In this document: piece by piece, positions 1 to 15,479 of the stretch
How positions within the stretch are numbered: position 1 is the stretch's first letter
Layout: the number at the start of each line of letters is the position of its first letter
Assembly: GCF_000150275.1 (NCBI RefSeq)
Contig: NW_002060947.1
Span: 1,233,199 to 1,297,198, forward strand
Length of the DNA stretch: 64,000 nucleotides
Direction of reading: 5' to 3'
Source: Trichoplax adhaerens
Lineage: Eukaryota > Animalia > Placozoa
The notes under the pieces: model-generated
What the model was told of the DNA's origin: nothing
Databases searched by the model: none
Seen by the model: only the letters and a program-made list of their open reading frames with translations
Translations under genes and position numbers: made by a program

Positions 1-168
1 TATATCACGTTTATTAAATCGTATAAGGTAGAAACTGTTCCGGCTTGACATACGTAGTGTTCTACAGTACTACAGCAAACTTGTATGACTTCATTATACC
101 AACATTTGATTAAGGATACTTTACGAGTATACCCATAAACACGTACTGTCATTTTTTGCTATCAATAG

Positions 169-1253
<1,085 letters not shown>

Positions 1254-1673
1254 TTTAACTCTTTTAGATTTTAATAGCGTCCATTTCTTATAGCAAGAAT
1301 TTATAGCAAAGTCGACTAACATCGGTTATTTTGCATTGGCAGAATAATTTTGAAAAACTAATATAGTAATCGAATCGGCAAGCTCCTGGTGCCGTATTGA
1401 ATTGCTTAAATTGTGCTTCCTCATTACTATTGCCTTTACTTCATGTTAGCTTAAATAAAATCCGTTTTTTTATTTTCAAGTTGTAATCCTAATTTCCATT
1501 GATATAACAAAACGACTTTCTACATCATCAAACTAAACGTCCGCTATTTACATTGGTAGTGCTTTTATTATTAATTATTAAACTTAAGCAATAAAAATAT
1601 TCCTTCAATGTAATATTTTTACACATCGTTTATACGTGTATATCATTTCGTAGTAATCAGGATTCACTACTTA

Positions 1674-4600
1674 TTAGTGCTCCATGAATCCAGTAATAGT
1701 AATTGCACTATTAGATGAATATTTTATAGGTATGTAGCCATCAGGCGTAGGTGAAACAATGCACCATTTATTGCCAATTAAGATCTCCATGTTAGTGATA
1801 CCAAAAGCTTTCTCTACAACTGCCACATTCAACATGCCATCATTGAGTAAAAAATTCTTGCTCACGTCATTCCCATTCGTCTGGAGTGTTACTTGTATCA
1901 CTAGCAAACACATGCATAATCAAGTATTAAAATCAAAAGGATAACAAGTCCATCTGTTGAAGAGTAAATAAATGTTAGTTACCTGACGCATTCAATTCTA
2001 CTTTGTTAGGCTTTTCTGTTATAAACTTACTAGCAAATTAAATATTTTAAACAGGTCTTTAGAGGATATTAATTACGATATAAAGAACCAGTTGCAGATG
2101 TATGACTGCATGCAAATACTATTTACCTCAGATGAATAACTTCTTCGGCTATACGAGAAACTTCGCCAGCCTATTTTAAATATATCAATAACCTTACTGT
2201 GTACCACAAAATGTTAACAAATATATTTATTCATATACGTAAACATTAATTTAATTAATTGTACAGCAAGGATAACAACTATATATGGTGTGCTCATAGT
2301 AATATGTACAGATCAACATTGTCATACCTGAGTCTGAATCAAGCATTCTAGTTTATTCATACATTCAAACAGTTTATCTGAAGACAGCGGAACGATTACA
2401 TTGAGAAGAGTACTAAATATATTTGCAATATGGTAAATGCTAGTTAGGATTTCATATTTACCAATATTGGCTGGTATTTCGCTTGGATTGTTATAGTCTA
2501 ATTCCGTGTTGGAGGGTTTGGAGACGAAATTCATAAGATTGGCGTTTTGCAAATTGTCTGTTATCAACGTATCTATGGCTGGATTTCTAATAACGGGAAA
2601 AATACTGTCTTCGAAGCTATTACCACTATCGACGATCAACCTCCTCAGCAAATCTTCCTTCATACTGCGCCTCACTTCCACGTCTACCTCATTAATGAAT
2701 ACAAATAATTTGCTATCAGCACAGTGCAATTTAAAGAACAGAATGTATACCCATAGGGAGGCTATACTATAGCTATACCAAGCAGTCAATATGATGACTT
2801 ACCATTATTTAACTGTACAGTCTTTAACTTGAGATCATACTTTACAATCGTTTTCAACGACATAAAATCGGTTAGGAAATCCTTTTCTAATTGTCCAATT
2901 AATAATAAACCGATATTCTCCCTTATAAAACAAATTCCTTTCGCTCTTGAATCACTTAGAAGTTCCTTAGATCAAACCAAATGCCGTATTTATAAAATAT
3001 TGCAAACTTCAAATAAATTTCACCTTAGCTAGTACAGTACTGTATACACAAACGAAACTATGAACATTACCATAGTGCTACGCTTAGCAATGGCATAGGA
3101 ATTGTTTTCTTTTACTATGGCAAAAATGTGCAGCAAGTTGGTGGAATTACTGGACAGAATGATCGATTTAGAAGTGTCCTATAAATAAGAAATTTGTCGA
3201 AATTACGTGTTTTTAATTCCATATATTGACTACACATTTTGTTGTGTAACTGAATATAAGTTGATATACCTACATTATAATCGAGTATATCAGGGGTAAT
3301 AAATCCCAAAACATCGATACTGCTAATTTGATCGCATGAATCGCCATGAATTGATAATAGCGATATCTGAGCACACGCTTTCTTAGGAAGGCCATCCTAA
3401 TATTTCAATAGAATCATACTGTTTACACTAGAATTAACTTTTACCAACTGTAAGGTGAACAGGTAACAAAACGAATGCAAGTGATGTCTAGCATCAAGTA
3501 CTAGCCTGTTGTTTTCGTTTCAAGAATAATAATGGATTAGCTTGACTATTGTTACCAACAGAACGCAAATGGGTTAAGTCGATCATGTCAGATTGCGAAT
3601 TATTTTCTTCCCGTAAAGTAGAAGAACTTGAACATGCCATCTCTTCATCGAAATAATCCGATTGGGACAACATGCATAATTTCTCCAATGGTAATTCAGC
3701 AGATACAATGAAATGATGATCATCAATTACAGGTAAGATACATCGAATATTGCCACTGAGACTGAAAAATGCAACATAAACAATTGATAGTCAATAAAGG
3801 CAAAGTCATAAAAGGTCCAAAAATTACTAATATTTGTATTAAAGTATCATAAAGCCTGCAAGTTTCATCTTACTTTTCGAGTTTTCTTGTTTCTTTTATA
3901 TATTCTTTCATAGCATGATTGGGTGAATTAGACCAACGGAATAATACTAGCGTATCGCCGATTGCACAAATTAAAGCCAGTCCACTAGCCAGCCATGTAA
4001 TTTTAGAAAGCGAGCTGTTGTGGAAGGAATTTAAAGCAGTTGATTTACAATTCGCAATAACGTAACTTTTCCTTGATTATTATTGTTAATATTTTTCTGA
4101 GTTCCATTTAATTTAATATAGTGACCTTACTTGATTTTATTTGGTAGATTAATATGGCACTCTAATTTACAAGAATGATCGGCAAGCGAATAGTTATATA
4201 AGTCAACCATCTTAGATGAAACAAACGTAATAATAGGCAAGCTAGGATGCCAAAAGCAACCTTGAACAACGACAGAAACTAAATTAGTAACCATCTTAAG
4301 CTAAACGGTTTGTAATACTGATTTAGCTGCAACATTGTAATACAAGAAATACCTTTGATACTGACAGAGGTACCATTACAGATATCAGTGGTTAAAACGT
4401 GTATTAATTTTTCCACTCTTGCGTTGTCACTAATACAAGGTAAAAAATATGACAATAAAAAAATAGCTTGGTGTAACATAGATAGATACCTTGAGATCAA
4501 AGTGTCCCAATAATAATTTATTCATCGATTAAGCGTATAAAAATAAGTCTAACCTTTCACTGAATTGGAAGATGGATATTTTACTTTCGTGAGTCACGGC

Positions 4601-5672
4601 TAATATACCATCCGGATGTCTACTCCACGCTATACTTGAGACATCTCTTAATAAAATATGATTCGATATTTTTAGATACGAGTATACTTAATAACATGAC
4701 GCCTATTGACCATTATAATAGCTAAGTGGGGCATTCATGGCGCGAGTTGTGATTACAAGATTCTACGGTAGATGATGAGACTACGAACTGATCGGTATTT
4801 TTAATAAAGCGCAGAAGTTATGCATGCATGCATACCTGAAGTGTCCCAGATTAACAGCAGCAGTACGATCACCTTGTAGCTGATGATTCTGAAGACGAAT
4901 TTGCATATGCCAAAGGCATTCACCATCAAACCAGACTATGCCGCATCGATTGCTATAAGCTATCATGGTAATTATAATTGGTAAAATATACATTTGCATG
5001 CTAAGTTAATCTTTGTAAATGAGTGAAATACTGTATTTCATAGGCACAATAATCTTAACACACATTATATCAAATAATAAAACACATCCAATATTCTATC
5101 CTTGTACAATCATTTCTATACGCCATGATAGTTTAAGATCAATTCTCAGTCATTTGATGTTTGTAAATATAAATTACTGTATTGTAAGGGCTGATTATAT
5201 TAATGCTTACAGTGCATTTGCAATTTTGATTACCGTTTGAATACGTTCTAAGTAGCAATTATAATTACATATATTGCAAAATCTCTGTACCAATATAGCA
5301 GCTTTATGCTAAACTAGATACCATAATATAGAAAGTTTGTCATGTCTTTACTCAATACGCAGGTAGCTACTGTCTATAACAGCGTTAAGAAGCTGTGTTA
5401 CAAGCAATATTACTTTGATTTCAATGACTACAAGCAGTCCTTTCACCAAACCAATTTCTTACTATAGCTACTGTTACGATTCTACTAGTAGGTAAACCTG
5501 CACAGTGCACAATCATCATCATTTGCAGAACCGTACAGAATTTGCAGAATATGTGAGATTCGTGTATTGGAAACATTTGGATCTCACCTTGTCTTAGGTA
5601 ATTGACATTGACACGACGGAGCTGAGCTTGGCCTAAATCGATGCAATTGTCCATTGAATCCATGGTAATCAT
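1674..5672 (-). CDS. WDCP: WD repeat and coiled-coil containing protein (WDCP/C2orf44-like), multi-exon
   Basis: Exon translations match recalled WDCP motifs in order: IDLGQAQLRRVNVNYLRQA (~MELGKGKLLRTGLNALHQA), GIVWFDGECLW (~GLAWTDGNQVV), LAVTHESKISIFQ (~LAVQHEKHVTVWQ), QGCFWHP (~QGCVWHP), AELPLEKLC (~TELPLDKIC), IDLTHL, GFITPD and RAKGICF (~RPKGICF). Exon 1 ends at a GTGAG donor at 5587; last exon stop at 1674-1676. Which ATG in exon 1 is used is uncertain. Confidence 0.85.
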
Positions 5673-6138
5673 GGAAGTTTATTGATAGGGTAGATTTCCA
5701 GCTAGTTTTACAATCTGTTACGCGAGCAATTTACAGATAGAGAGTCAAGTTGATGGCATTAATTTTCAACGCGGCCCTTGGGCACTCTTGATATTAATCT
5801 AGTTGACAGTGTAGAATCACCTTTGATAGGTAGTACTGTAGCTCTTGAAACGATAGAAGGCATTAGTCTATTCTCCTCTATCTACTGCACAACCTTCAAG
5901 TTGTCCATAGCAGCTGTGCAGATATGTTGATGGACGAGCTGATTCCTCTCCAGGTCAACAAAGATTGAGTTGATTGCAATGGCCTTATCCTGCTGCAGCA
6001 GTCTATAGCGCTGTTATGAAGTAGCAGTTGGTAGGCGAATAGGATTGTATAAACTATCAAGCCAACAAGACAACTTACTATGGCAATTAGTCCTATTTCA
6101 GTAGTTGTACAGTGTCCACTATCGATGAACTCCTTGTC

Positions 6139-6673
6139 AGAAATGCAGCCTGGTGACTAGGCCTATGGAAACTTTTTCCAGCCTTTTCACAAACTAAATT
6201 CTTGGATGGATATCGTATCGTAAAGAAACTACAGCTAATTCTATCCTGATGTAATAGTAACTATATTAAAGAAGCAGTGACTTTATATTTTGGGGCCATA
6301 TGCAAAACTTGACGCCCTTAAGAAATGCAGCCTGGTGAGTGAGTGGTGACTAGGCTATGCAAACTTTTTCCAGCCGATTTACAAACTAAATTCTTGGATA
6401 GATATCGTATCGTAAAGGAATTGCAGCTAATTCTATCCTGATGTAATAGTAACTATATTGAAGAAGCAGTAACTTTATATTTGACCCCCTTAAGAAATGC
6501 AGCCTGGTGAGTGAGTGATGACTAGGCTATGCAAACTTTTTCCAGCCTATTTACAAACTAAATTCTTGGATAGATATCGTATCGTAAAGGAATTGCAGCT
6601 AATTCTATCCTGTTGTACTGGTAACTATATTGAAGAAGCAGTAACTTCATATTTTGGGGCCATATGCAAAACT
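6139..6673. repeat. Three-copy tandem repeat, unit about 170-180 bp
   Basis: Units begin AGAAATGCAGCCTGGTGA at 6139, 6321 and 6493 and share ...CAAACTAAATTCTTGGAT.GATATCGTATCGTAAAG...CAGCTAATTCTATCCTG...GAAGCAGT.ACTT.ATATTT. Confidence 0.92.
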
Positions 6674-8511
6674 GGATCCATTAGCTGCATACTAATAGTA
6701 TACCTACTCAAACATGACTAATTTGATATACCATCGGTAGGCAAAACATGATGTTGTCAATCCTTGCAGCATTAGACTTGTGATGATGCAATTGCTTGGC
6801 TGGTGCACGACGGCTTCCATCCGTAACGTAAACAGCAGCTGCAGACTGTAGCCAGACGACTGATTGCAGTCAGACATAGAGTACAAGTAGGCGCAGAGGC
6901 CTTGTTGAACAGCTTGAAACTAGATTGGAAAGAATTTCTTGAAAACAACTCCATCATTAAAGCTTTATTTGGCCCTATTTGAACTCGATTATTCTATCAT
7001 TAGGTATCTGATTAGAATTCTATCGTCAGTGCCGATGTTGAAGAGTTATTATCATGTATTGCTGTGCTTGTGAAAGGACTAAAAATGCCAATTTCTAATT
7101 ACGTCTTGTTGAAATTTGGGGAGTAGGATTGCCTTGAAGAAAAATGATGAGAATCCGTTGCGGTCCATCTGGTCAAAGATTGAATTTGGCCAGATTATGC
7201 TTTCGAATGTATTGCCAAGGAAAACCAGCTATTGATACTAGTCAAGTCACACAATCGGCTGCCAGTGTTGCAGGTAAGTTTAGCATTCGATGATTATTTT
7301 GGGGGCGAAATATCAATAACAAATACCGTCATCACACGGAAAACACCGTATAACAGAGTGCTGCATAACAACAAAATGGACGAGTGTTAATCCGCCTGAT
7401 TCACTACCATAGAATAAGGACTAAGAAGAAAAATTAAAAGAATTTTCGATAGTCCCTGCATAGAAAAAGCCATTCTGCAAGACATAATCAGTTTAGAAAA
7501 TGGATAAAAAGGCCATTCGGACTCAATACTGTACAGTACAGTACAGCCATGACGATAGTCTACTATGGCACTGAAAATGAGCACTTAGGATAAACATATG
7601 ATTAGTTTACCAGCACGCATACGCGTAGGCTAGCTCCTAAGCGTCTATATCATAACGTAGGCGCGATTAAGATTCCGTTAGCTTACCAGCAAATATCTGT
7701 TACTGTATATTCGTCTATATAAGTTCACGTCGATGCTGAACTTGCAAAATGTTATACTTGTACTGTAATACGAAGAAAGGAGGATTTTACGCTGAAGTCT
7801 ACTTTGTCGTGGCTAACCTTATTCAGATAGAAATCTTGCTTAATCGAGATATTGAAACAGTTCTGCAGGCAAAATACAACCGATAGAAGTTGTTACCAAT
7901 TTCTTATGTTTTATCCACCTTCAAATAGATTACATCTACGAATCAAATTATTTTATCCCATACAGGATGTACAGATAAATGAATCATTCATTCCAAGTTG
8001 AATTAACATTAATGACATCAATCATGATTTATATAGCCTACGAAACTTTTAATGATCGATGTATTCAACCGATTTGATACAAATTATTAGCCGGTGTCAA
8101 GTACTCTTGATACCTCTAACATGCTCCGGTATTGGAACAAATTAATCCTTGAAATGTTCTATGACTGACAGACGTATTTTCAACTTCATTCGGCCTGCTA
8201 TGAACAGTTTATACTATCTAAAATCACTCACTACGTTATTTGCCCAGACCCAATAAAATGTGCAATACTTGATCAGCGTTTCCAACACGAATACATGATA
8301 CAGAGTAATAACGGCTCAATTTTATAGTATGCTATCACCTTAAAAAATAGAGCACTCTAAATTTAGAATCCAACGTTCCTTATTGCACAATTTTTGAATA
8401 CAGTGTCTTAAAACGTAACAGTTGGGAAAGTCTTGCAGTTACCTTACCCCCAAGAATTACATGCTAACCAAATGCTAACATTGACATACAGTATTGTTGT
8501 CATCTTCCTAG

Positions 8512-8968
8512 GCAATGTTGAATCTGTCAAGATACCTTTAAGAACCCTAACTAAAATGGATCGTTTTGCATTGATTGTTACAAGAACAATGAAGGCGCAT
8601 GAAATACCCCTTGAAGCTAGGTAAGTTGCAAGTTATATAATATTGTGTTATACGGTAAGACGTTTTTAGTTTACCGTGTGCAAAAGCCCTATTGGATAGT
8701 TGTATATAGAGGAGGTAAAATATCTAATGTGGGTATGTTAACGTTTCTTGTTTAAAATAGCAAAGCTGTCGTAGAAAAAGCACAGGACAAAAGAAGAATC
8801 TTAATGAATGTTGGCTTGTTCGTATTTACTATCGTTGGTTCTATAATTGCTATCATTAGCGGTAAAAGATTGAGAAATTCTAAAAGTGGTGGCTATACGT
8901 TACAAGACCGAAATAAAGAAAGATACGAGAGAGTGAGACAAAGGGAGGCCAAAGCTAAAGAGCAATAA
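8512..8968 (+). CDS. FAM162: FAM162 (DUF1075)-like single-pass mitochondrial membrane protein, last two exons; 5' exons probably lie within about 7750-8330 but are not resolved
   Basis: Exons 8512-8620 and 8761-8968 give ...RTLTKMDRFALIVTRTMKAHEIPLEASKAVVEKAQDKRRILMNVGLFVFTIVGSIIAIISGKRLRNSKSGGYTLQDRNKERYERVRQREAKAKEQ*. This parallels the recalled FAM162A pattern (EIP motif, amphipathic helix, TM segment ending GK, basic C-terminal helix). Confidence 0.75.
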
Positions 8969-9120
8969 ACTTTAACCACTTTTCTTTACATTGCGGAGTT
9001 GCTCATTAGATTGTCGAGTTTCACTGCATGTAGACATTTTCGACAAAGTCGATAAAGCATAGTAAGAAGCCCGAGTAACAGCTATGTGCTTCTGTATTAC
9101 AAGTCTTCTCTATTATTTTA

Positions 9121-9311
9121 TTTGTATCTTAAAAGATCGCAGCTTTTAAGTATACCTTAGATTTCTATTGTCCGGAAAAAAGTCTGATACGTCGTAATAT
9201 CTTCTATATAATGAATTTGTATCTTAAAAAATCATAGTTTTTAAATATCCTTATATTTCTATGGTCCGGAAATAAATAATGTTATACGCAGTAATATCTT
9301 CTACAGAATGG
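9121..9311. repeat. Degenerate two-copy tandem repeat, unit about 96 bp
   Basis: TTTGTATCTTAAAA.ATC..AG.TTTTAA...CCTTA.ATTTCTAT.GTCCGGAAA...GTAATATCTTCTA occurs at 9121 and about 9217. Confidence 0.75.
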
Positions 9312-9748
9312 TATATGTTGCCTAGTATCATCTCAAACATATTACGAAAAGACAGTAGAGCCCTATCGATAATCCAATATAAATATTACTCGCCCCGAAA
9401 TCTCATGCCTGAAAGAATTTGATAGCAATACTTATATCCCAATTTATTTTATTATAACGAGTAGTCGATCACCAGGTCAAGAATTAAACACTACTCGTAA
9501 TGTTAGATAAGATAACTGACTGATATAATGTGTATAAGCAGCTATAACTTAGTTTGATACATTTTTAGCAATTTTTTAAACAATTACGTACTTGCTAAAA
9601 TCAAGTACTGTGGGCAATAGTTCAAATTGTAGATTCGATAGATCAGATTTCAACAGTATGTATAATATTTCATTTGAAAAGCACTTTTACTGCCGTTGCA
9701 GTAAAGCAATTATTTCAAGTAGAACATATAATTAATCAATTAAATCAT

Positions 9749-12700
9749 TCAACTTTTAGACTTCTTAGGAATGACATCCGCCAACTTTTCGTCAATATTC
9801 TCCAATTGAGTAATACTATATTTACCGAAAAATTTTCGCACAATACCACGTAGGGCTTCATCAACTAAAATCGACGCACAAGCAATTTATTACTTAATAT
9901 CTACGCAATGCCATCTGACACTCAATCGTGTTTAAATATAACATAGTAATGTATCATACTACGTAAAAGTGACCGAGATATGAACTTACAATTTGTATTT
10001 CTAGGAATAATGTCATTGATAAGTAAGGCATGTGTCATTTGTCGAGCAAATACTTTGAACAAGTCCTAAAAAAAATCATCCTCAAGTTACTTCAGTCATA
10101 GCAGCAATTTTTAAATGTCCAACAGTGCAACAATTTCGTACCTTACTAGATATTCTGCCACTTCTATAGTAGGGCGTTAATAACTTTACTACTGTTTTTG
10201 CAACTTGCTGTCGAGCAGCCTTGTCACATTCTTTTCGACATTCCATTTCACGTATTACTCGTACATTTTGCTGAGACTCATCAAGCAATGAAGTCTGGGC
10301 TATTAAATCTGACTTGATAGATGAGGCTTCGTCCGTTGCTATTCTTTCATTAACCTCTTTCTTATCTTCTGCCTCTTCGTCAGCACTCTCAGGTTCCTGT
10401 TTTATAACTGCTATAGATACTAATCGATCGTCAGTGACATTTTGGTTAAGAGAAGCTGTATATTGAAATTCAGTTGAGGTTTGCATAGTAGCGCTAGAAA
10501 CTGAAGCTTGCCTAGAAAATTATATAAGATACAGTAATTATAGCAATGCCACACTTAAATATTTCGATAGACCAAAAAATTGGGGAATTGAAACCCATAC
10601 ACATCGATTTCTGGTTTAATCATCTTCATTTCGCTACTTTCCGCAACTATCTCATCATGCTGTGTCAAATTAGATAACAGCAACTTAATATCGTTTAATG
10701 ATTTAAACTGTACATATTTATTATAGAACTTATAAATACTAAAATTTTAAACATTCGTACACTGCAATTGATATTAGGCTTAACTCCAATTGATAAATCG
10801 CTTCCTACGCTACCATTCACTGTTGTTAGTTCGTTTTTCGTACGGTTTGAATCCTGCAACAATAAATCTCCACTATTAATGGAATACAGTCTAATTACGA
10901 AGTTTAAACGACTATCATACTCCATATTCAATAAGTGAGACGTACAATTTCACTATAAGTATTCCCTGCCAAGGTGGCCGAACTAATATTTTGAACCTGA
11001 AACGATGACAGCATAAAGCTCTGAAATTACCATCTTTAGATTGACAGGTAATCAATGTCAACATGTTGTAAAGCCTGAGCTCTGTAGAATACTAGCGAAT
11101 ATTCCTTACCAATTTCCTAATCTTAACACGATATATGTTGCCCAACCGATTACTGCTGAAGATTTCATACTCTAACTTAATAGCCTCTTCACTATTAGAA
11201 TCATAAATATAATACAATTTATTGCACGATCCGCACTGATAAAGTACTACCGGCTGCATATTATTAACTGTCAAGGCCACTTCTACACTCAAAAGTAATG
11301 CACCTTGCTTGTTTATTGCTTCCACATTTGGTAAAATTGGCTTTTAAGGTATCTTCAATTGATTTTAAACAGTGCTCCCTAACCTACGATCGCATTTACG
11401 TAAAGTTAAAGTAGTGATCATTCATAATGGATTGCATAATGTAAGCTTCTACAACAGAACTTGGGCTACCTTTACTGGAAGAGAACGAATTCTACTTGTG
11501 CCACTAGCATCTATCAATCTACAGTCTTAAGATGTCAGAATGTAATAAAAATTACGGTTGATTAGATTGCTGTACTGTATACATTATGTAATACACATTG
11601 CACCTAATATGGATTTGAAAATGCATATCATTATCGACGTACCGGGCTGAATGGTATCACAAAGAGGCTTATTTCGTTGTGTTCCCTTATAAGCCAAGAG
11701 AATAATTAATCAACAACATTAAAAATCACGAAAGTATCTAACGACTTTACTACAAAGTCTGTTTACCTTTCGCCTTTTATCAAATTCTGTCTTGATAAAG
11801 GATGCTATATTATCATCTTGAGTGGATTGCTTATAACCCTCACTATCAATTTCACCATAGCGAAATCTATTCGAATGTTATTCAAAACGGTCAATCAAAT
11901 CGAATGAGTTATCTATGGTATTAACAAACAGCATTTGAAACCTTTTTTCTGAATATTCCTTATCTAAGTCCTCATCAAAAATTTCTCCATTGATTTGAAG
12001 AAGGCGTCGCAATCTTTTAGAATTCTTTCTCTTCGGTAGGCTAGATAAATCGAATAGACTGCAGTTCTCTTTTACCTCCTTAGGCTTTTTACAATAATCA
12101 CACGAACTAACACACTTTAAAAAAGCAAGTTAGACAAGAATCGCATCATACAGTACATTGGCGGTCAAGTAACGGATTGAAGAAAATCTTAATCAAATTA
12201 GCAACCCAAAAAGGAAATTTTTTGTAACACTTACCGAAGGATCGGTCTCATTAAAATATCTTGCTATTACCGCATGTCTACATCTACAGATAACAACATA
12301 GCATCGCAAACCTGTTATTTCATGTATGGAGACGAGCATTTTAGGTTTTTTGCAGCCTTTCATAAGCATTTTACGAGCAATAAATTCTTACACAAAAATG
12401 AACATCTACCTTGCTTCTTGACAATAATTGACAAGGTAATCGAAGCTTTTTTGGCTAGATTGCTCACGATTCTTAATAAAACGATATTTCAATTATGTAT
12501 ATTAAACAGTTGTTGTACTTTTATTAGCCTGCAGCTAAATCTCCAAGTCGGAGATTACGTATGGCATGTAATTACCAAACTCTGACGTTTTACTTCTTTC
12601 TTCAGTAAATATTGAACAACATTTCTTTCTTCTCGGGAATAATATAAACGACAAAATGCTAACTTGCCATCACGTCCAGCACGTCCAGATTCTTGATAGT

Positions 12701-14872
12701 AAGACTCCATTGACTTCGGGAGGCACCAGTGGGCTACAAATCTAATACAATGCAGTAGATTATGCGGTAACAAGGGAAAATTTGGAATGATGTTGGAAAT
12801 TTTAACTTTAAATTAAAATCATTAACCAGCTATACAAATTAAGAAACAGCTACGACTAGAGAAATGCATATGTAGATATGATACCTTACAGATGCCTTAT
12901 CGACTCCCATTCCAAAGCTAATCGTAGCCACAATAACTTTAACAATACCATCCATCCATTCTCGTTGTATCTGCTCTCGAATCTTACCACTTAATCCTAA
13001 ATGCCATGTTTGTCAATAATGCAAACAAAAGTTAATAACATTGAATTGTTGCTCCAAATAGCCAAAATGATTGGTTAATAAAGTATTAAAGGACATGCTT
13101 TAAAAGTTATTACAAAGACAAGCTACTTCAAGTTACCAGCATGATAAGACTTGCAAGAAATACCGTAACCAGCAAGTTTGTCAGAGATGTTATCGCAGTC
13201 ATCCCTTGTACGACAATAGATAATTCCACAACCTTGAGATGATGTGGAGTTAAGTGCAATGGAGCCACTTATAGATGATAACACGAAATTTCTTAAATTG
13301 TCTAGAGCGTCGGTAAGTAGGTCCTTAAATCTAATAAAAGGCAAAGTGACTTAGAGTATGTATAAAGGGTCGTCAATAGTCACATGATAAACGAAATAAC
13401 TATAATACTTACATCACGTCATAATACAAATTTGATCGAAAGCAACTGGACCTAAATGATTGAAAGGATGATCTAAAGTGCAAAGATTTTATAACATCTT
13501 CTTGCACAGTTTTGTTGGCAGTTGCAGTTAAGGCAATTATAGGAACTGAGGGAAAATATTCCCTCAGATTTCCCAACTTACGATAGTCAGGTCTAAAATG
13601 AAAATAAAAGGAAGTTAATTTGCGTGTTTACAAAATATCAAACATTCAACAATTACAGATATTCAGGATTAATTCATCATATCGTTAAGGCTTGTCTATG
13701 TGCTAGTGAAAAAGAGCAACCAGACCATAAGTAAATGATTGACATCCAAGCAAGTCTAGTATTAAAGTAGTTATTGCGCTGGTAATTTTTCAATGTTATC
13801 CAATTGATATTTTTGATAAAAGCATCAAAAATAGATTTATTAATTATAATAGAGGTTCAGTGATTCATGATAACTATAATTGCTACAGGCATCAGCAGGA
13901 GTTGACATTAGTAGAAATTCAAAGTGACTAAAAATCGTACCTAAAATCATGTCCCCAGTGAGAAACACAATGCGCTTCATCAATTGTAAAGTAGTTCAAT
14001 CGTGATCTGTCGAATAAATGCTTCAACAGTCGTTTGAAATCGCTAGTAGCGGCCAATTCAGGGGTAACGTAGAGCAGTCTAATAGTAGGTTCAGGATCGT
14101 GGAGATCTTTGATGACCGCATTGCGATCAGTTTCAGCCATTTTGGAATTAATTGTCTTCGAGCAAATACCAACATTTTGTAAATGATCAATCTGATCATA
14201 AATTAAAGCTATTAACGGCGAAAATACAACAGTCACTCCTGGATGGAGTATCGCCGGTAACTGATAGCATAATGATTTGCCTCCACCAGTTGGCATGGAC
14301 ACAAATACATCGGTTTTTCCTAAGTAGCAACATGCAGTAAGATGAATTTAGCATCAGTAAAAGTGTCAAAGCAACCATTCTATCAAGGTCAACCATGCTA
14401 CACTGAATGAAATTAACATTAAACTACTGTCTTTGCATATTACTCGTATGGTTACGATGTTCGGTTCCTTTGCATCGCCTTGTATTTACTATGCTCTCTG
14501 CTGCTATTTTATTTATCATTCCATTGATTCCGTTAGTCAAGTTGGATACATATAGTCTATCCATCTAGTCGTTAAGACATCGCAGAGCGCATTCATTCAT
14601 TTAATGAATGAATGCTCTCGCATAATCAATCTTGCTCAATTGAAACATGTGCAATTTAGCTAGCAATCAAGTCAGAGCCATCCATTTATCCTATCCTCTG
14701 TCACTAATACGTACATAATTCAACAATTAGTTATAGTACAATGATTATTTCCCTTACTGGCTGCAATCTCTATGACAGCTTTTTCTTGCACTGGAGACTT
14801 GAAAGAATCATAACCAAAGACAGTCTTTAACTTGAATAAGATACGTTTTACACCTGTATCATGACAAGCCAT
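9749..14872 (-). CDS. RECQL5: ATP-dependent DNA helicase RecQ5
   Basis: ATG at 14872 ([30 protein letters not shown]). Helicase motifs [51 protein letters not shown] and [15 protein letters not shown] Zn region [10 protein letters not shown]...CDYC. C-terminal SRI-like [29 protein letters not shown], which is characteristic of RECQL5. Stop at 9749-9751. Confidence 0.93.
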
Positions 14873-15479
14873 TTACGATCTTTCGAGTTAATCTTAAATG
14901 GGAATTTTGCAAAGTAGAGATTGAATCGATTGAAGGTGATCGATGTGGTGTAGAATAATATTGAGTTATGGTTGATCGGTTTACTGTGCGTAGTTTCTTC
15001 TCGATGATTTGATCTCTTATTACGGCTCTTCTTGGATGGATATTACATTCATTGGCTTACTTTTACAGTCAATTTTAAAACTTGCAGCGAACCATTTAAC
15101 TAGCATCTTCCGCTTGCCCCAACCAGTACTGCATTAGTGAACATTGCTGACTGACATCAGCATGTTCGACATTTCCACCAGGTAAAATGGTTCCCTTGCA
15201 ATCGTTAACACTTCTAGAAGATTGACTGACTGCTCGGTTCTATTCTACATATTCTTGTGAAGGAAAGCCTATTCTAGGTTAATATTTAGGAGCTATTTTG
15301 CACTTTTTTGATCTAGTCCTAGCAACTTTGCTGCACCTCCGCCTGTCCACGATACGTTCTATACGAGTACGTATGTCAATCTACACACGTCAACATGCAG
15401 TCAGCAGCAGCTTGCGACGTCATTCATTGAAGTTCAAGTCTTGACAAGTCATCCATCATTCGACTCATCAACAAGTCTG

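Noticed and set aside
6139-6673. Repeat array considered as CRISPR-like
   Set aside because: Long contiguous units with no unique spacers, eukaryotic context and no cas genes.
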